Shown here in pieces: positions 47,100 to 57,636 of a DNA stretch of 64,000 bases. The DNA comes from an uncultured Candidatus Binatia bacterium (GTDB lineage: Bacteria > Desulfobacterota > Binatia > HRBIN30 > CADEER01). The translations under genes and the position numbers were made by a program. Every line of letters begins with the position of its first letter. Within the stretch, counting starts at the first letter, position 1. Below the pieces are notes generated by a model that was not told the origin of the DNA, searched no databases, and saw only the letters and a list, made by a program, of their open reading frames with translations. The stretch spans positions 2,036 to 66,035 of the forward strand of contig CAYYWP010000002.1 in assembly GCA_964475125.1 (NCBI GenBank), in the 5' to 3' direction.

Positions 47100-49012
47100 G
47101 CATGACGGAATACGTGGCCGGCCGCCTGCCGGGGCCGCCCACCCGCAAGCGCGTCGAGGTCGACCCGGTCACCCTGCGCGTGCTCGGTGGCGCATTCAAC
47201 GCGGTCGCCAAGGAGATGGCGGGCGTGCTCTTCCGCATGAGCTACTCCTCGATCATCCGCGAGTCGGAGGATATCGGCGCCGGCATCTTCGATGCCGAGG
47301 GGCGCGAGTTCTGCGAGTCCGACTCGTCGCCGATGCACATCGGCTCGCTGCCCTGGTACATCCGCGGTTTCCTGCGCACGCTCGGCGGCGCCGGGAACAT
47401 CGCGGAGGGGGACGTGATCGTCCACAACCACCCCTACTTCGGCGCCTCCCACACGCCGGACCTCGGCATGGCCGTGCCGATCTTTGACGCCGGCGAGCTC
47501 CTCGGCTTCGCCGCCGTGACCGCGCACCTGCTCGACGTCGGGGGCTCGTTCCCGGGCGTGAACGCCGACGCGTTCGACGTGTACGCCGAGGCCAAGCTGT
47601 ACAACGGCCTGCGCTGGTACCGCCGCGGGGAGCTGAATCAGGACCTCGACCGGATGATCTTCGAGAATACCCGTACGGAGACGATGAACCGCGGCGACGT
47701 GAAGGCCATGCTCGCCGCCTGCCAGCTCGGGCGCGACCGCTTCCTGCGCCTCGTCCAGCGCTACGGCGCCGACGTGGTGATGAGCGCGGCGTATGACTGG
47801 ATGGATTACTCCGAGCGGATGCTGCGGGCCGAGATCGCGAAGGTTCCCGACGGGGTCTACGAGGCGCCGACGGGTTGGCTCGACGACGACGCCCGCAACC
47901 GCGGCGTTCGCCTCAAGGTGGCGACCAAAGTGATCGTCAAGGGCGACGAGGTCATCATCGACCTGACCGGCTCCAATGACGAGGTGCCGACCGGCTACAA
48001 CGTGCCCTTCGAAGGCTCGGTCCTCGTCGGCGCCTATTTCGCCGTGCGCACCATCCTGCTCGACGAGGCCACGTTCCCGGAGCACGTGCCGCAGAACGAA
48101 GGCTGCTTCCGGCCGGTGACGGTGATCGCGCCGAAAGGGTCCATCTACAACCCGAATTTCCCCCGCGCCTGCTTCTCGCGCTTCTGCCAGGTGCAGCGCA
48201 TCGTCGACAACACCATCCTGGCGCTGGCGGACGCGGTGCCGGGCCAGGTCACCGGCGGCAACTCGGCCGGCACGAACTTCTACTGCTACTCCGGCTTCCT
48301 CGAGCAGAAGGGCGAGTACTGGATCTACCTCGAGGTCAACGAGGGCTCCTACGGCGGCCGCCACGGGAAGGACGGGCTCGACTCCGTCGACAACCTGATG
48401 GCGAACACGCGCAACAACCCGATCGAAGAGCTGGACATGCGCTTCCCGGTGCGCTGCGAGCAGTACGAGCTGCGCCCCGAGGCGGCGGCACCCGGGAAGT
48501 GGCGCGGCGGCATCGGCATCGTGAGGCGAAACCGGATGCTCGTCGACGGAACGTGCTCGTCGGAGGGCGAGCGCATGCACGACGCGCCGCGCGGCATCTT
48601 CGGCGGCTGGGACGGGCTCGTAGCCTCGTGCCGGAAGAACCCGGACACGGCACGGGAGGAACGCCTGGAGGCGAAGGTGACGGGGATCCCCTTACGGGCG
48701 GGAGAGCTGATCGAGATCCGCGTGCCGAGCGGGGCCGCGTATGGCAACCCGCTCGAGCGGGTGCCCGAGCTGGTGCGCGAGGACGTGCTGGACGACTTCA
48801 CCACGATCGAGCTCGCCCGCGACGCCTACGGCGTCGTGTTCAAGGACCCGCACACGCTCGAGATCGATGTGCAGGCGACGGCGCGGCTGCGCGCCGAGCT
48901 GGCCGCGAAGCCGCGGTACAGTTCGCTCACGACCTACTACCAGGAGCGCGGGTTGCGGCGCTGCAACCCGCCGACCTCGATCGCCGGTAACAAGGAGTTC
49001 GGGCTCGAGTGA
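47096..49012 (+). CDS. hyuB: hydantoinase B / oxoprolinase family, second copy
   Basis: ATG overlaps the hyuA stop (ATGA). MSMTEYVAGRLPGPPTRKRVEVDPVTLRVLGGAFNAVAKEMAGVLFRMSYSSIIRESEDIGAGIFD is the HyuB N-terminus. The ORF-track entry 45311-49012 is an out-of-frame upstream extension. Confidence 0.9.
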   Translation: MSMTEYVAGRLPGPPTRKRVEVDPVTLRVLGGAFNAVAKEMAGVLFRMSYSSIIRESEDIGAGIFDAEGREFCESDSSPMHIGSLPWYIRGFLRTLGGAGNIAEGDVIVHNHPYFGASHTPDLGMAVPIFDAGELLGFAAVTAHLLDVGGSFPGVNADAFDVYAEAKLYNGLRWYRRGELNQDLDRMIFENTRTETMNRGDVKAMLAACQLGRDRFLRLVQRYGADVVMSAAYDWMDYSERMLRAEIAKVPDGVYEAPTGWLDDDARNRGVRLKVATKVIVKGDEVIIDLTGSNDEVPTGYNVPFEGSVLVGAYFAVRTILLDEATFPEHVPQNEGCFRPVTVIAPKGSIYNPNFPRACFSRFCQVQRIVDNTILALADAVPGQVTGGNSAGTNFYCYSGFLEQKGEYWIYLEVNEGSYGGRHGKDGLDSVDNLMANTRNNPIEELDMRFPVRCEQYELRPEAAAPGKWRGGIGIVRRNRMLVDGTCSSEGERMHDAPRGIFGGWDGLVASCRKNPDTAREERLEAKVTGIPLRAGELIEIRVPSGAAYGNPLERVPELVREDVLDDFTTIELARDAYGVVFKDPHTLEIDVQATARLRAELAAKPRYSSLTTYYQERGLRRCNPPTSIAGNKEFGLE

Positions 49013-49061
49013 GCGAACGCTTGACAGGATCACGTGCGCAGACGGTGAAAGGAGTCCAGTC

Positions 49062-51443
49062 GTGAAATACATCGGGCAACCCATTCCGGCCTTGAATAAC
49101 CGTATCCTCGCCGCCGGCCAGGCGACCTTCGTTGCCGATGTCCCGCTGGTCAATACCGCTCATCTGACCATGCTCCGCAGCGCCCATGCCCATGCGCGGA
49201 TTCGGTCGATCGACACCAGTCGGGCCCGCCAGCTCCCCGGCGTCCTGCTCGTGCTGACGGGAGCGGACCTGCGCGCGGTGATGCCTCCCACGCCCTTGGC
49301 GGCGGATCCAGCCGTGCTCGGCGGCAACACGGTCACCGTGTATCCCCTGGCGGTCGATCGGGTGCGCTACGTCGGCGAGCCGGTCGCCGCCGTGGTCGCG
49401 GACGACAAGTTCGCCGCCTACGCCGCCTTGGAGCTGATCGATGTCGACTACGAGCCCTTGCCGGTGGTCACCGACGCGGTCAAGGCGTTGGAGCCGGGCA
49501 GCCCGCTGGTCGAGCCGGACTGGGGCAGTAACATCCTGCTGCACAAGTCCTTCACCCGCGGCGACTTCGCCAGTGCGCTGCAGCGCGCCGATGGCGTGTT
49601 GCGAGGCACGGTCAAGGCGCACCGCTATGGGGCGGTGCCGATCGAGCCGCGGGCCTACGCGGCCTCCTATCATCCCTATCTCGACGAGCTGACGGTGTGG
49701 GCGTCGACGCAGATGCCACACTCGGTACGCGGCTACATCGCGATCGTGTTGGGCATGAGCGAGACCAGCGTGCGCGTGATCCAGCCGCATGTCGGCGGCA
49801 GCTTCGGTCTCAAGGTGCCGCCGTTCCCGGAGGAAATCCTGGTGGCGTACTTCAGCCGGGCGTTGCGGCGGCCGGTGCGGTGGATCGAAGAGCGCGGCGA
49901 GCATCTCGCGGTGTCCTCGCATTCGCGCGAGGAAACGCTGTCCTACACCGCCGGCTACCGCAGCGACGGGACCGTCATCGCGCTGGACGTGCGCGTGGTG
50001 GCCGACGTCGGCGCCCCGTCGGCGGTCGGCGGCTGGCCGATGTCGTTCGTCTCCGCGTTCGTCATCCCCGGCCCGTACAAGATCGACGACTGCAACGTGG
50101 AGCTCTATTCGGTGGTGACCAACAAGGCCCCGTGGACCCCCTATCGCACCTTCGGCAAGGACGCGGCGAATTACGTCATGGACCGGATCATGGACAAGGT
50201 GGCGCGGGCGTCGGGCCGTGACCGCGCCGAGGTTCGTCCGCGCAACTTCGTCCCGCCCGATGCGTTTCCGTTCCGCCAGGTCTCCGGCGCGGTGCTCGAC
50301 AGCGGGAACTACGGCGCGGTGTGGGATCGCCTGCTCGAGGCGATCGATTACCGCGGCTTCGCCAAGCGGCAACAAGAAGCCAGGCAGAGCGGGCGATACC
50401 TGGGGATCGGCATCACCTTCGAGCTCACGCCGGAAGGCGGTGCGATCCCGCACTCCCGGTTGATCCAGGGCTACGACGGAACGACCGTGCGGGTGAGCCC
50501 CGAGGGCCGCGTCACGGTGCTCACCGGCGTGACGTCGCCCGGCTCCGGGAACGAGACCGGCATCGCGCAGATCGTCGCCGACGAGTTGGGCGTCGACCTC
50601 GCCGAGGTGAAGGTCATCCAGGGCGATACGCAGTCGTGCCCCTTCGGGTTGGGGAACGGCAGCTCGCGCAGCGTGATGATGGGCGGCGGCGCCGGCGCGC
50701 TGGCCGCCCAAGACCTGCGCGAAAAACTCCTCACCGTGGCGGGAAAGATGTTGGAGGTGGCGCCGCAGGACTTGGACGGCGAAGGCGGGGTCATTCAGGT
50801 GCGAGGCGCGCCACAGCGCAAGGTCACCATCGCCCAGGTGGCGGCGGAGATTTACCGCCACACGTACGGGCCGGCGGCGGAGGGGGTCGAGCCGGGCCTC
50901 GAGGTGACGCGTTACAGCCGCATCGGCAATCTCCACCATCAGCCGGAGAAGCACGATGGCCATTTCAGCATGTATCCCACCTGGCCGAACGGGGCCTGCG
51001 GGGTCATCGTCGAGGTCGATCGCGACACCGGACTCGTCAAGCTGCTGCGCTGCGTGTTCGTGCACGACTGCGGGACGGTCATCAACCCATTGCTGGTCGA
51101 GGCCAACGTGCACGGATCCTTGGCGCAGGCATTCGGTGGCGCGCTGTACGAACGGCACGTCTATGACGAGGCCGGGCAGTACCAGACCGCCACGTTGATG
51201 GACTATACGCTACCGACTGCCGTCGAGCTTCCGAGCTTTGAGATGGCGCACCTCTGCACTCCCTCGCCGTTTACCGGCCTCGGCACCAAGGGCGCCGGGG
51301 AGTGCGGCATGAGCGCCCCGATCACCGCCCTGATCGGCGCGGTCGAGAACGCGCTGGCCGACTTCAACGTCGTCCTCGACGAGACCCCCGTCACGCCCGA
51401 CCGCGTCTGGAAGGCGATCCAGGACGGGATGGCGAAGGCGTAA
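49062..51443 (+). CDS. xanthine dehydrogenase / CoxL-family molybdopterin-binding large subunit
   Basis: GTG start 7 nt after a GAAAGGAG RBS. a/b-hammerhead N-terminus IGQPIPALNNRILAAGQATFVADVPLVNTAHLTMLRSAHAHARIRSIDTSRARQLPGVLLVLTGADL. Mo-binding domains (GGSFGLK, GTKGAGECG). 793 aa. No CoxS or CoxM genes are adjacent. Confidence 0.85.
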   Translation: MKYIGQPIPALNNRILAAGQATFVADVPLVNTAHLTMLRSAHAHARIRSIDTSRARQLPGVLLVLTGADLRAVMPPTPLAADPAVLGGNTVTVYPLAVDRVRYVGEPVAAVVADDKFAAYAALELIDVDYEPLPVVTDAVKALEPGSPLVEPDWGSNILLHKSFTRGDFASALQRADGVLRGTVKAHRYGAVPIEPRAYAASYHPYLDELTVWASTQMPHSVRGYIAIVLGMSETSVRVIQPHVGGSFGLKVPPFPEEILVAYFSRALRRPVRWIEERGEHLAVSSHSREETLSYTAGYRSDGTVIALDVRVVADVGAPSAVGGWPMSFVSAFVIPGPYKIDDCNVELYSVVTNKAPWTPYRTFGKDAANYVMDRIMDKVARASGRDRAEVRPRNFVPPDAFPFRQVSGAVLDSGNYGAVWDRLLEAIDYRGFAKRQQEARQSGRYLGIGITFELTPEGGAIPHSRLIQGYDGTTVRVSPEGRVTVLTGVTSPGSGNETGIAQIVADELGVDLAEVKVIQGDTQSCPFGLGNGSSRSVMMGGGAGALAAQDLREKLLTVAGKMLEVAPQDLDGEGGVIQVRGAPQRKVTIAQVAAEIYRHTYGPAAEGVEPGLEVTRYSRIGNLHHQPEKHDGHFSMYPTWPNGACGVIVEVDRDTGLVKLLRCVFVHDCGTVINPLLVEANVHGSLAQAFGGALYERHVYDEAGQYQTATLMDYTLPTAVELPSFEMAHLCTPSPFTGLGTKGAGECGMSAPITALIGAVENALADFNVVLDETPVTPDRVWKAIQDGMAKA

Positions 51444-51500
51444 CGACCATATCCGGACGGTACGGACGGGCTCGCCCCAGCGCGCGCCGGGCACGGCACC

Positions 51501-53912
51501 ATGAGCTATATCGGACAACGCATTCCGTCCTTCACCAACCGGGTGCTGGCCGCCGGCCAGGGCACCTTCGTCGGCGACGTTCCGCTGGCGAACGCGACCG
51601 CGCTCGCGATCTTGCGCAGCCCGCATGCCCATGCGCGCGTTCGTGCCATCGACACGCGGCGCGCGCGCCAACTCCCCGGAGTGCTCGCGGTCCTGACCGG
51701 CGCCGACGTGCGCGCCGCGATGGGGCCGACGCGCTGGGCGGCCGATCCGGCGGATATGGGGGGCCACTCGCTCCCGGCCTACCCCTTGGCCGGGGAGCGC
51801 GTCCGGTTCGTGGGGGAGGCCGTGGCGGCGGTGGTCGCCGAGGACAAGTACACCGCCTACTGGGCGCTCGGTCAGATCGACGTGGACTACGAGCCCCTGC
51901 CCGCGGTCACCGACGCGGTCAAGGCGCTCGAGCCCGACAGCCCGCTCGTGGAGCCGAGCTGGGGGACCAACGTCATGCTGCAGAAGTCGTTCACGCGCGG
52001 CGACTTCGCGGCGGCGCTGACGCGCGCCGACGGGGTGGTGAAAGGGACCGTCGAGGCGCACCGCTACGCGCCGGTGCCGCTCGAAGCGCGTGGATACGCG
52101 GCGGCATACGATCCCTACCAGGACAAGCTGACGATCTGGTCGTCGACGCAGATGCCGCACTCGTTGCGCCAGTTCGTCGCCGAGACATTGCGCCTCCGCG
52201 ACACCGACATCCGCGTCATTCAACCGCACGTCGGCGGCGGCTTCGGCCTCAAGATCGCGCCGTTTCCGGAGGAGATTCTGGTCGCCCATCTCAGCCGCAC
52301 GCTGCAGCGGCCGGTGCGGTGGCTCGAAGAACGCAGCGAGCACCTGATGGCGGGAGGCCACGCGCGCGAGGAAACGCTGTCGTTCACCGCCGGGTATCGC
52401 AACGACGGGACGGTCATCGCGCTCGACGTCGATATCGTCGCCGACGTCGGTGCGCCGGCGGGATTGTGCGGTTGGATACAATCGTTCGTGACCGCCTTCT
52501 GCGTGCCGGGCGCCTACAAGATCGACGACTGCAACGTCCGGATGCGCACGGTGGTGACCAATAAGGGGCCCTGGAGCGGCTACCGCGCCATGGGCAAGGA
52601 AGCCGCCTCGTATCTGATGGACCGCATCATGGACAAGGTCGCGCGGGCGCTCGGCCGGGATCGGGCCGAGGTCCGGATGCGCAACTTCGTCCCGGTCGAT
52701 GCGTTCCCCTTCCGTCAAGTCGGCGGCGGCGTCCTCGACAGCGGCAATTACCCCGCGGTGCTGAACCGGATGCTCGACGCGATCGACTACACGCACTTCC
52801 CGCAGCAGCAGCAGCAGGCCCGGAACGAGGGGAAATACCTCGGCCTCGGCATTGCCTTCGAGCTCACGCCGGAAGGTGGGGCGGTCCCGAGCTCGTTTCT
52901 CCAAGGCTACGACGGCACGACCGTCCGCGTCAGTCCCGAGGGTCGCGTCACGGTGCTCACCGGGGTGACGTCACCCGGCTCGGGGAACGAAACCGGGATC
53001 GCCCAGATCGTGGCAGACGAGCTGGGAGTGGACATCGACGAGGTGCGCGTGATCCAGGGCGATACCGACGCCTGTCCGTTTGGCCTCGGGAACTACAGCT
53101 CGCGTAGCATCATGATGGGCGGCGGCGCGGCGCTGCTGGCCGCCCGCGACCTGCGCGGCAAGATTCTTGCGGTGGCCGGCAAGATGCTGGAGGTGGCGCC
53201 GCACGACTTGGACATCGCCCGTGGGGTCATTCAGGTGCACGGCGCGCCGGAACGGAAGGTGACCGTCAGGGACGTCGCCGCCGAGGTCTACCGCCATACC
53301 TACGGCCCAGCCGCGGAAGGCGTCGAGCCAGGCCTCGAGGCGAGCCGTTACAGCCGCATCGGCAACGTGTATCACCAGCCCGAGAAACAGGACGGCAAGT
53401 TCAGCATTTACCCGACCTGGCCGAATGGGGCGTGCGGCGTCGTGGTGGAAGTCGACCGCGACACCGGACGCGTCACGCTCCTGCGTTGTGCCTTCGTGCA
53501 CGACTGCGGCACCATCATCAACCCGCTGCTCGTCGAGGCCAACCTGCACGGCGGATTGGCGCAGGGATTGGGCGGCGCCGTCTACGAACGCCACGTGTAC
53601 GACGACGCGGGACAGCTCCAAACCGCAACGCTGATGGACTACACCATGCCCACCGCGGTCGACCTGCCGCGCTTCGAGCTCGGCCACCATGAGACGCCCT
53701 CGCCGTACACCAACCTCGGCACCAAGGGGGCGGGGGAGTCGGCGATCGTCGCGCCGCTCGCGGCGGTGGTCGGCGCGGTCGAGAACGCGCTGTCCGACTT
53801 CAACGTCGTCATCGACGAAACGCCGGTGACGCCCGATCGCGTGTGGAAGGCGATTCGGGAAGGGATGGCGACGGCATCGCGTCGTGCGCCGGTGCACCCG
53901 CAATCGTCGTAG
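51501..53912 (+). CDS. xanthine dehydrogenase / CoxL-family molybdopterin-binding large subunit, tandem paralog
   Basis: MSYIGQRIPSFTNRVLAAGQGTFVGDVPLANATALAILRSPHAHARVRAIDTRRARQLPGVLAVLTGADV.... 803 aa, about 70% identical to the preceding gene. Confidence 0.85.
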   Translation: MSYIGQRIPSFTNRVLAAGQGTFVGDVPLANATALAILRSPHAHARVRAIDTRRARQLPGVLAVLTGADVRAAMGPTRWAADPADMGGHSLPAYPLAGERVRFVGEAVAAVVAEDKYTAYWALGQIDVDYEPLPAVTDAVKALEPDSPLVEPSWGTNVMLQKSFTRGDFAAALTRADGVVKGTVEAHRYAPVPLEARGYAAAYDPYQDKLTIWSSTQMPHSLRQFVAETLRLRDTDIRVIQPHVGGGFGLKIAPFPEEILVAHLSRTLQRPVRWLEERSEHLMAGGHAREETLSFTAGYRNDGTVIALDVDIVADVGAPAGLCGWIQSFVTAFCVPGAYKIDDCNVRMRTVVTNKGPWSGYRAMGKEAASYLMDRIMDKVARALGRDRAEVRMRNFVPVDAFPFRQVGGGVLDSGNYPAVLNRMLDAIDYTHFPQQQQQARNEGKYLGLGIAFELTPEGGAVPSSFLQGYDGTTVRVSPEGRVTVLTGVTSPGSGNETGIAQIVADELGVDIDEVRVIQGDTDACPFGLGNYSSRSIMMGGGAALLAARDLRGKILAVAGKMLEVAPHDLDIARGVIQVHGAPERKVTVRDVAAEVYRHTYGPAAEGVEPGLEASRYSRIGNVYHQPEKQDGKFSIYPTWPNGACGVVVEVDRDTGRVTLLRCAFVHDCGTIINPLLVEANLHGGLAQGLGGAVYERHVYDDAGQLQTATLMDYTMPTAVDLPRFELGHHETPSPYTNLGTKGAGESAIVAPLAAVVGAVENALSDFNVVIDETPVTPDRVWKAIREGMATASRRAPVHPQSS

Positions 53913-53990
53913 AGAGAGGAACCGATGGCAGACGGAGCGCAAGCCAGGGCCCGTCGTTGGCCGGGAAGCCGGGGGTTGTGAGGAGACAAC

Positions 53991-55418
53991 GTGACAGGAC
54001 ATGCTGAGACTGGTCGGCGCGACCCGAAATCATCGGGTGCCTCGCCGCCATTGGAACAGGCGCTGATTCGGTTCATTCAGGAAATGCGCCTCGATCGTCT
54101 CGGCCAGGGGGTTCGGGCGGCGGTCAGTTGCCTCCTGCGCGATCAGCTGGCGGTGCAAATCGGCAGCGCGAGCTTGCCGTGGTCCCAACGAGTGCTGGCC
54201 TACGCGAGAGCGCGGCAGCGTCCGGGCCGCAGCCGCGTGGTGGCGAGCGGCGTGCAGATGAGCGCCGCCGATGCGGCGTTCGTCAATGCGATCTACGGGC
54301 ACGGCTTCGAATATGACGACGCGCATCGCGCCAGCGCGAGCCATCCGGGTCCCTGCGTGGTTGCCACGGCCTTGGCCCTCGGCGAAGAGCTGAACGCCTC
54401 GCTCGACGAGGTCATCGCGGCGATCGTCGCTGGCTACGAGGTCTACACCCGCATCGGCTGCCTGGCGGCTCCGGACCTCCTCAAGCGCGGCTTCCACCCG
54501 CACGCGATCCTGTCCAGTTTCGGCGCCGCCGCCGCGACGGCGAAACTGCGGCGACTCGACGCGGAGACGACGCTGCATACGCTGGCGATCGCGGTCAGTC
54601 ACGCGTCCGGGGTGACGGAGTACAGCTCGACTGGCGGGTCGGTGAAGCGGGTCCATTCCGGCATGGGCGTGCGCAGTGGGATGATCGCTGCCGACATGGC
54701 GCAATTCGGCATCACCGGGCCGCGGGCGTTCCTCAGCGGGGCCAAGGGCTTCTTTCGCACCTTTCTGCAGCGCACGGCCGGAGCCGATCCCGAGCGGTGG
54801 TTCGGTGCGGAGCACGGCTTCGAGGTCGAGAAGATCTGGCTCAAGCCGTATTGCTGTTGCGGCTGCATCCACGCCTATCTCGATGCGATCCGCCCGTTTA
54901 CCGCCCGGCTCGCCGAGATCGCGGAAGTGTCGGTGCGGATCCAGCCCTCCGCCAACGTCATCGTCGGCACCGCCAACGCCAATGCCTATGAACCGCAAAC
55001 CATCGAGAACGTGCAGTTCAGCTTGCCGATCCAGATGGCGTTCGCGTTGCTGGGCTACGGCAACGGCATGCGCGTCCATCTCGATTATCTGGACGGAAAA
55101 CTGGATATGGATACCGTGACCGCGACGGCGCGTCGGATTCGTCTCGTCGAGGCACCCGAGCTGGACGAGCAGTACGCCGGCAAGTTCGTCGCCGACGTGA
55201 CCGTGCACTTTGGCAACCGGCAATCGGAGCACGTCTTCGTCGAGGATCCGGTCGGGACCGCCGAAAAGCCGATGCCGGAGTCAGACCAGGACGCGAAGTT
55301 CATGGAATTGACGGCGAACGTCCTGGGTGGTGAGCGCGCCAGTGCGCTGCTGAGCGCCCTACGGGCGCTCGACCCCCGCATGGCGGTGACGGAGCTCACC
55401 GCCATGTGCGCGCTGTGA
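53991..55418 (+). CDS. MmgE/PrpD family protein (2-methylcitrate dehydratase / cis-aconitate decarboxylase superfamily)
   Basis: GTG start after a GAGGAG RBS. ...SGVQMSAADAAFVNAIYGHGFEYDDAH..SHPGPCVVATALALGEE...ILSSFGAAAATAKL is typical of MmgE/PrpD. Confidence 0.8.
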   Translation: MTGHAETGRRDPKSSGASPPLEQALIRFIQEMRLDRLGQGVRAAVSCLLRDQLAVQIGSASLPWSQRVLAYARARQRPGRSRVVASGVQMSAADAAFVNAIYGHGFEYDDAHRASASHPGPCVVATALALGEELNASLDEVIAAIVAGYEVYTRIGCLAAPDLLKRGFHPHAILSSFGAAAATAKLRRLDAETTLHTLAIAVSHASGVTEYSSTGGSVKRVHSGMGVRSGMIAADMAQFGITGPRAFLSGAKGFFRTFLQRTAGADPERWFGAEHGFEVEKIWLKPYCCCGCIHAYLDAIRPFTARLAEIAEVSVRIQPSANVIVGTANANAYEPQTIENVQFSLPIQMAFALLGYGNGMRVHLDYLDGKLDMDTVTATARRIRLVEAPELDEQYAGKFVADVTVHFGNRQSEHVFVEDPVGTAEKPMPESDQDAKFMELTANVLGGERASALLSALRALDPRMAVTELTAMCAL

Positions 55419-55452
55419 CGCGACGCCGGACGAGGACGACAGGAGAGAACGA

Positions 55453-56343
55453 ATGAGCGCGGCCCCGATGAAACCCATCCGATCCTTCCTGTTCGTGCCG
55501 GGCAACAAGCCGAGCTGGATGGAGAAGGCGGCGGCGGCGAAAGCGGACGCGCTCATTCTCGATCTCGAAGACAGTGTGCCGCCCGACTCGAAGGCCGAGG
55601 CGCGGGGGATCGTGCAGTCGAAGCTCGCCTGGCTGGCCGAACACCGCCAGCGCACCTTCGTGCGGATCAATCGCAGCCCGCATCTCTACGACTTCGACGA
55701 CATCCTGGCGGTGGTCGGGCCGCACGTCGAGGGCATCGTGATCCCCAAGCCGATCGGTCCGGAGGATGTCGATTGCGTCTCGATGATGCTGTCCGAGGCC
55801 GAGTTCCGGAAGGGCGTGCCGATCGGATCGACCCGCGTCGTGCCGCTGCTCGAAACCGCGCGCGCCATGCAGCTCGCCTATGAGATCGCCCTGCGCGATC
55901 GGGTCTCCGCGCTCTGCGGTTCCACCGCCAAGAATGCCGACGTCGCGCGCGCGCTCGGGTTCGTCTGGTCGCCCGAGGGGCGCGAAACGCTCTACCTCAA
56001 GTCGCGCGCCGTCATGGCGGCGCGCGCCGCGGGCAAGTTGCCGATCGGCGGGGTGTGGCAGCAAGTGCACGACCTCGAGGGCCTGCGAAAATCGGCCCAA
56101 CAGGACCGCGCCCTGGGCATGACCGGCGAGCTCGTGCTGCATCCGTCGAACGTCGCCATCCTCAACCAGATCTACTGCCCCTCCGCCGAGGAGGTGGCCT
56201 ATTATGAGGGCATGATCGTCGCCCACGAACAGGCGCAGGCGGAAGGGCGTGCCGCCACCATTTACGACGGCGAGCACATCGATATCGCCCACGTGCAGAC
56301 CGCCAGGGAGATCATCGCCCTCGCCCGCAGCTACCGCAGCTGA
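55453..56343 (+). CDS. HpcH/HpaI aldolase / citrate lyase beta (CitE)-like acyl-CoA lyase
   Basis: IRSFLFVPGNKPSWMEKAAAAKADALILDLEDSVPPDSKAEAR...HVEGIVIPK is the CitE-like TIM-barrel signature. Confidence 0.8.
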   Translation: MSAAPMKPIRSFLFVPGNKPSWMEKAAAAKADALILDLEDSVPPDSKAEARGIVQSKLAWLAEHRQRTFVRINRSPHLYDFDDILAVVGPHVEGIVIPKPIGPEDVDCVSMMLSEAEFRKGVPIGSTRVVPLLETARAMQLAYEIALRDRVSALCGSTAKNADVARALGFVWSPEGRETLYLKSRAVMAARAAGKLPIGGVWQQVHDLEGLRKSAQQDRALGMTGELVLHPSNVAILNQIYCPSAEEVAYYEGMIVAHEQAQAEGRAATIYDGEHIDIAHVQTAREIIALARSYRS

Positions 56344-56403
56344 GATGGGTAGGCGACGGCGCGTGCACGGGCGCGAACAGGCCTGACCGAAGAGAGACCG
56401 CCG

Positions 56404-57597
56404 ATGACCAGTGAATCGACTGCCGCCGGCGCGGCACACGGGGCGCGCGAGCGCAACCTCGACGAGATCCGCACCGCGGCACGCACGCTGGCGCGCCGGT
56501 TTCCGCTCTCCTACTGGCGGGAACACGACAAGGAGGGGAAGTACCCGTGGGATTTCGTCCACGCCTTCGCCGCCGGCGGGTGGATGGGCATTCTCATCCC
56601 CGAGGCGTACGGCGGCATGGGGCTGGGGGTGACGGAAGCAGCGGTCATGCTGGGCGAGATCACCGAATCCGGCGCCGGCATGAGCGGGGCATCCGCCATC
56701 CACTTCTACGTCTTCCCACCCCAGCCGATCGTGCGGCACGGCTCCGAAGCGATGAAGCGAAAATACCTGCCGGCGCTCGCCAAGGGCGAGTTGCTCATGG
56801 CGTTCGGCGTGACAGAACCCACGGCCGGCGTCGACACCTCGCGCATCCGCACCAAGGCGGAACGGCGCGGGGATGTTTGGGTCATCGATGGCCAGAAGGT
56901 GTGGACGACGAACGCGCAGAACGCGCGCAAGATCCTCATCCTGGCCCGCACGTCGCCGCGCGACGAACGGCGCCCGCTCGACGGGATGACGTTGTTCTTC
57001 GCCGACCTCGACCGCGAGCGCTGCGACGTGCGCGTCATCGACAAGCTCGGCCGCGCCGCGGTGGATTCGAACGAGGTGTTCATCGACGGCCTGGAGGTTC
57101 CCAACGACGATGTGGTCGGCGAGGTCGGGCGCGGCTTCCACTACCTGCTCGACGGCCTGAACCCCGAGCGCATCGTAGTCGGCATGGAAGGCGTCGGCAT
57201 CGGTCGCGCCGCGTTGGCCCTGGCGGTCGCGTACGCCAACTCGCGCGTCGTGTTCGAGCGGCCGATCGGACAGAACCAGGCGGTCGCGCACCCCTTGGCG
57301 GAGTGCTGGATCCGGCTCGAAGCGGCCGAGAGCGTCGCCATGAAAGCCGCGGCGCTCTACGACAGCCATCAATCGTGTGGCGCGCAGGCGAACGCGGCGA
57401 AGTTCCTCGGTGCCGAGGCCGGCTTCGACGCCTGCGACCAGGCCATGCAGACGCACGGCGGCTATGCGTACTCGAAGGAGTACCACATCGAGCGATTGTG
57501 GCGCGAAGTGCGCTTGCTCAGGCTCGCTCCCATCTCGCAGGAAATGGTGCTCAACTTCGTCTCGAACAAAGTGCTCGGCTTGCCCAAATCCTATTGA
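56404..57597 (+). CDS. acyl-CoA dehydrogenase
   Basis: WMGILIPEAYGGMGLGVTEAAVMLGEI, AFGVTEPTAGVDTSRIRTKAERRGDVWVIDGQKVWTTNA, QTHGGYAYSKEYHIERLWREVRL. Confidence 0.9.
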   Translation: MTSESTAAGAAHGARERNLDEIRTAARTLARRFPLSYWREHDKEGKYPWDFVHAFAAGGWMGILIPEAYGGMGLGVTEAAVMLGEITESGAGMSGASAIHFYVFPPQPIVRHGSEAMKRKYLPALAKGELLMAFGVTEPTAGVDTSRIRTKAERRGDVWVIDGQKVWTTNAQNARKILILARTSPRDERRPLDGMTLFFADLDRERCDVRVIDKLGRAAVDSNEVFIDGLEVPNDDVVGEVGRGFHYLLDGLNPERIVVGMEGVGIGRAALALAVAYANSRVVFERPIGQNQAVAHPLAECWIRLEAAESVAMKAAALYDSHQSCGAQANAAKFLGAEAGFDACDQAMQTHGGYAYSKEYHIERLWREVRLLRLAPISQEMVLNFVSNKVLGLPKSY

Positions 57598-57636
57598 CGC
57601 CGAAGGCGCGGATTGAGCGAGACCAGAGGAGACGGC

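Noticed and set aside
45311-49012. 1233-aa plus ORF reported as a single protein
   Set aside because: The first about 595 aa are an out-of-frame read-through of the hyuA gene. The real hyuB begins at ATG 47096, which overlaps the hyuA stop.
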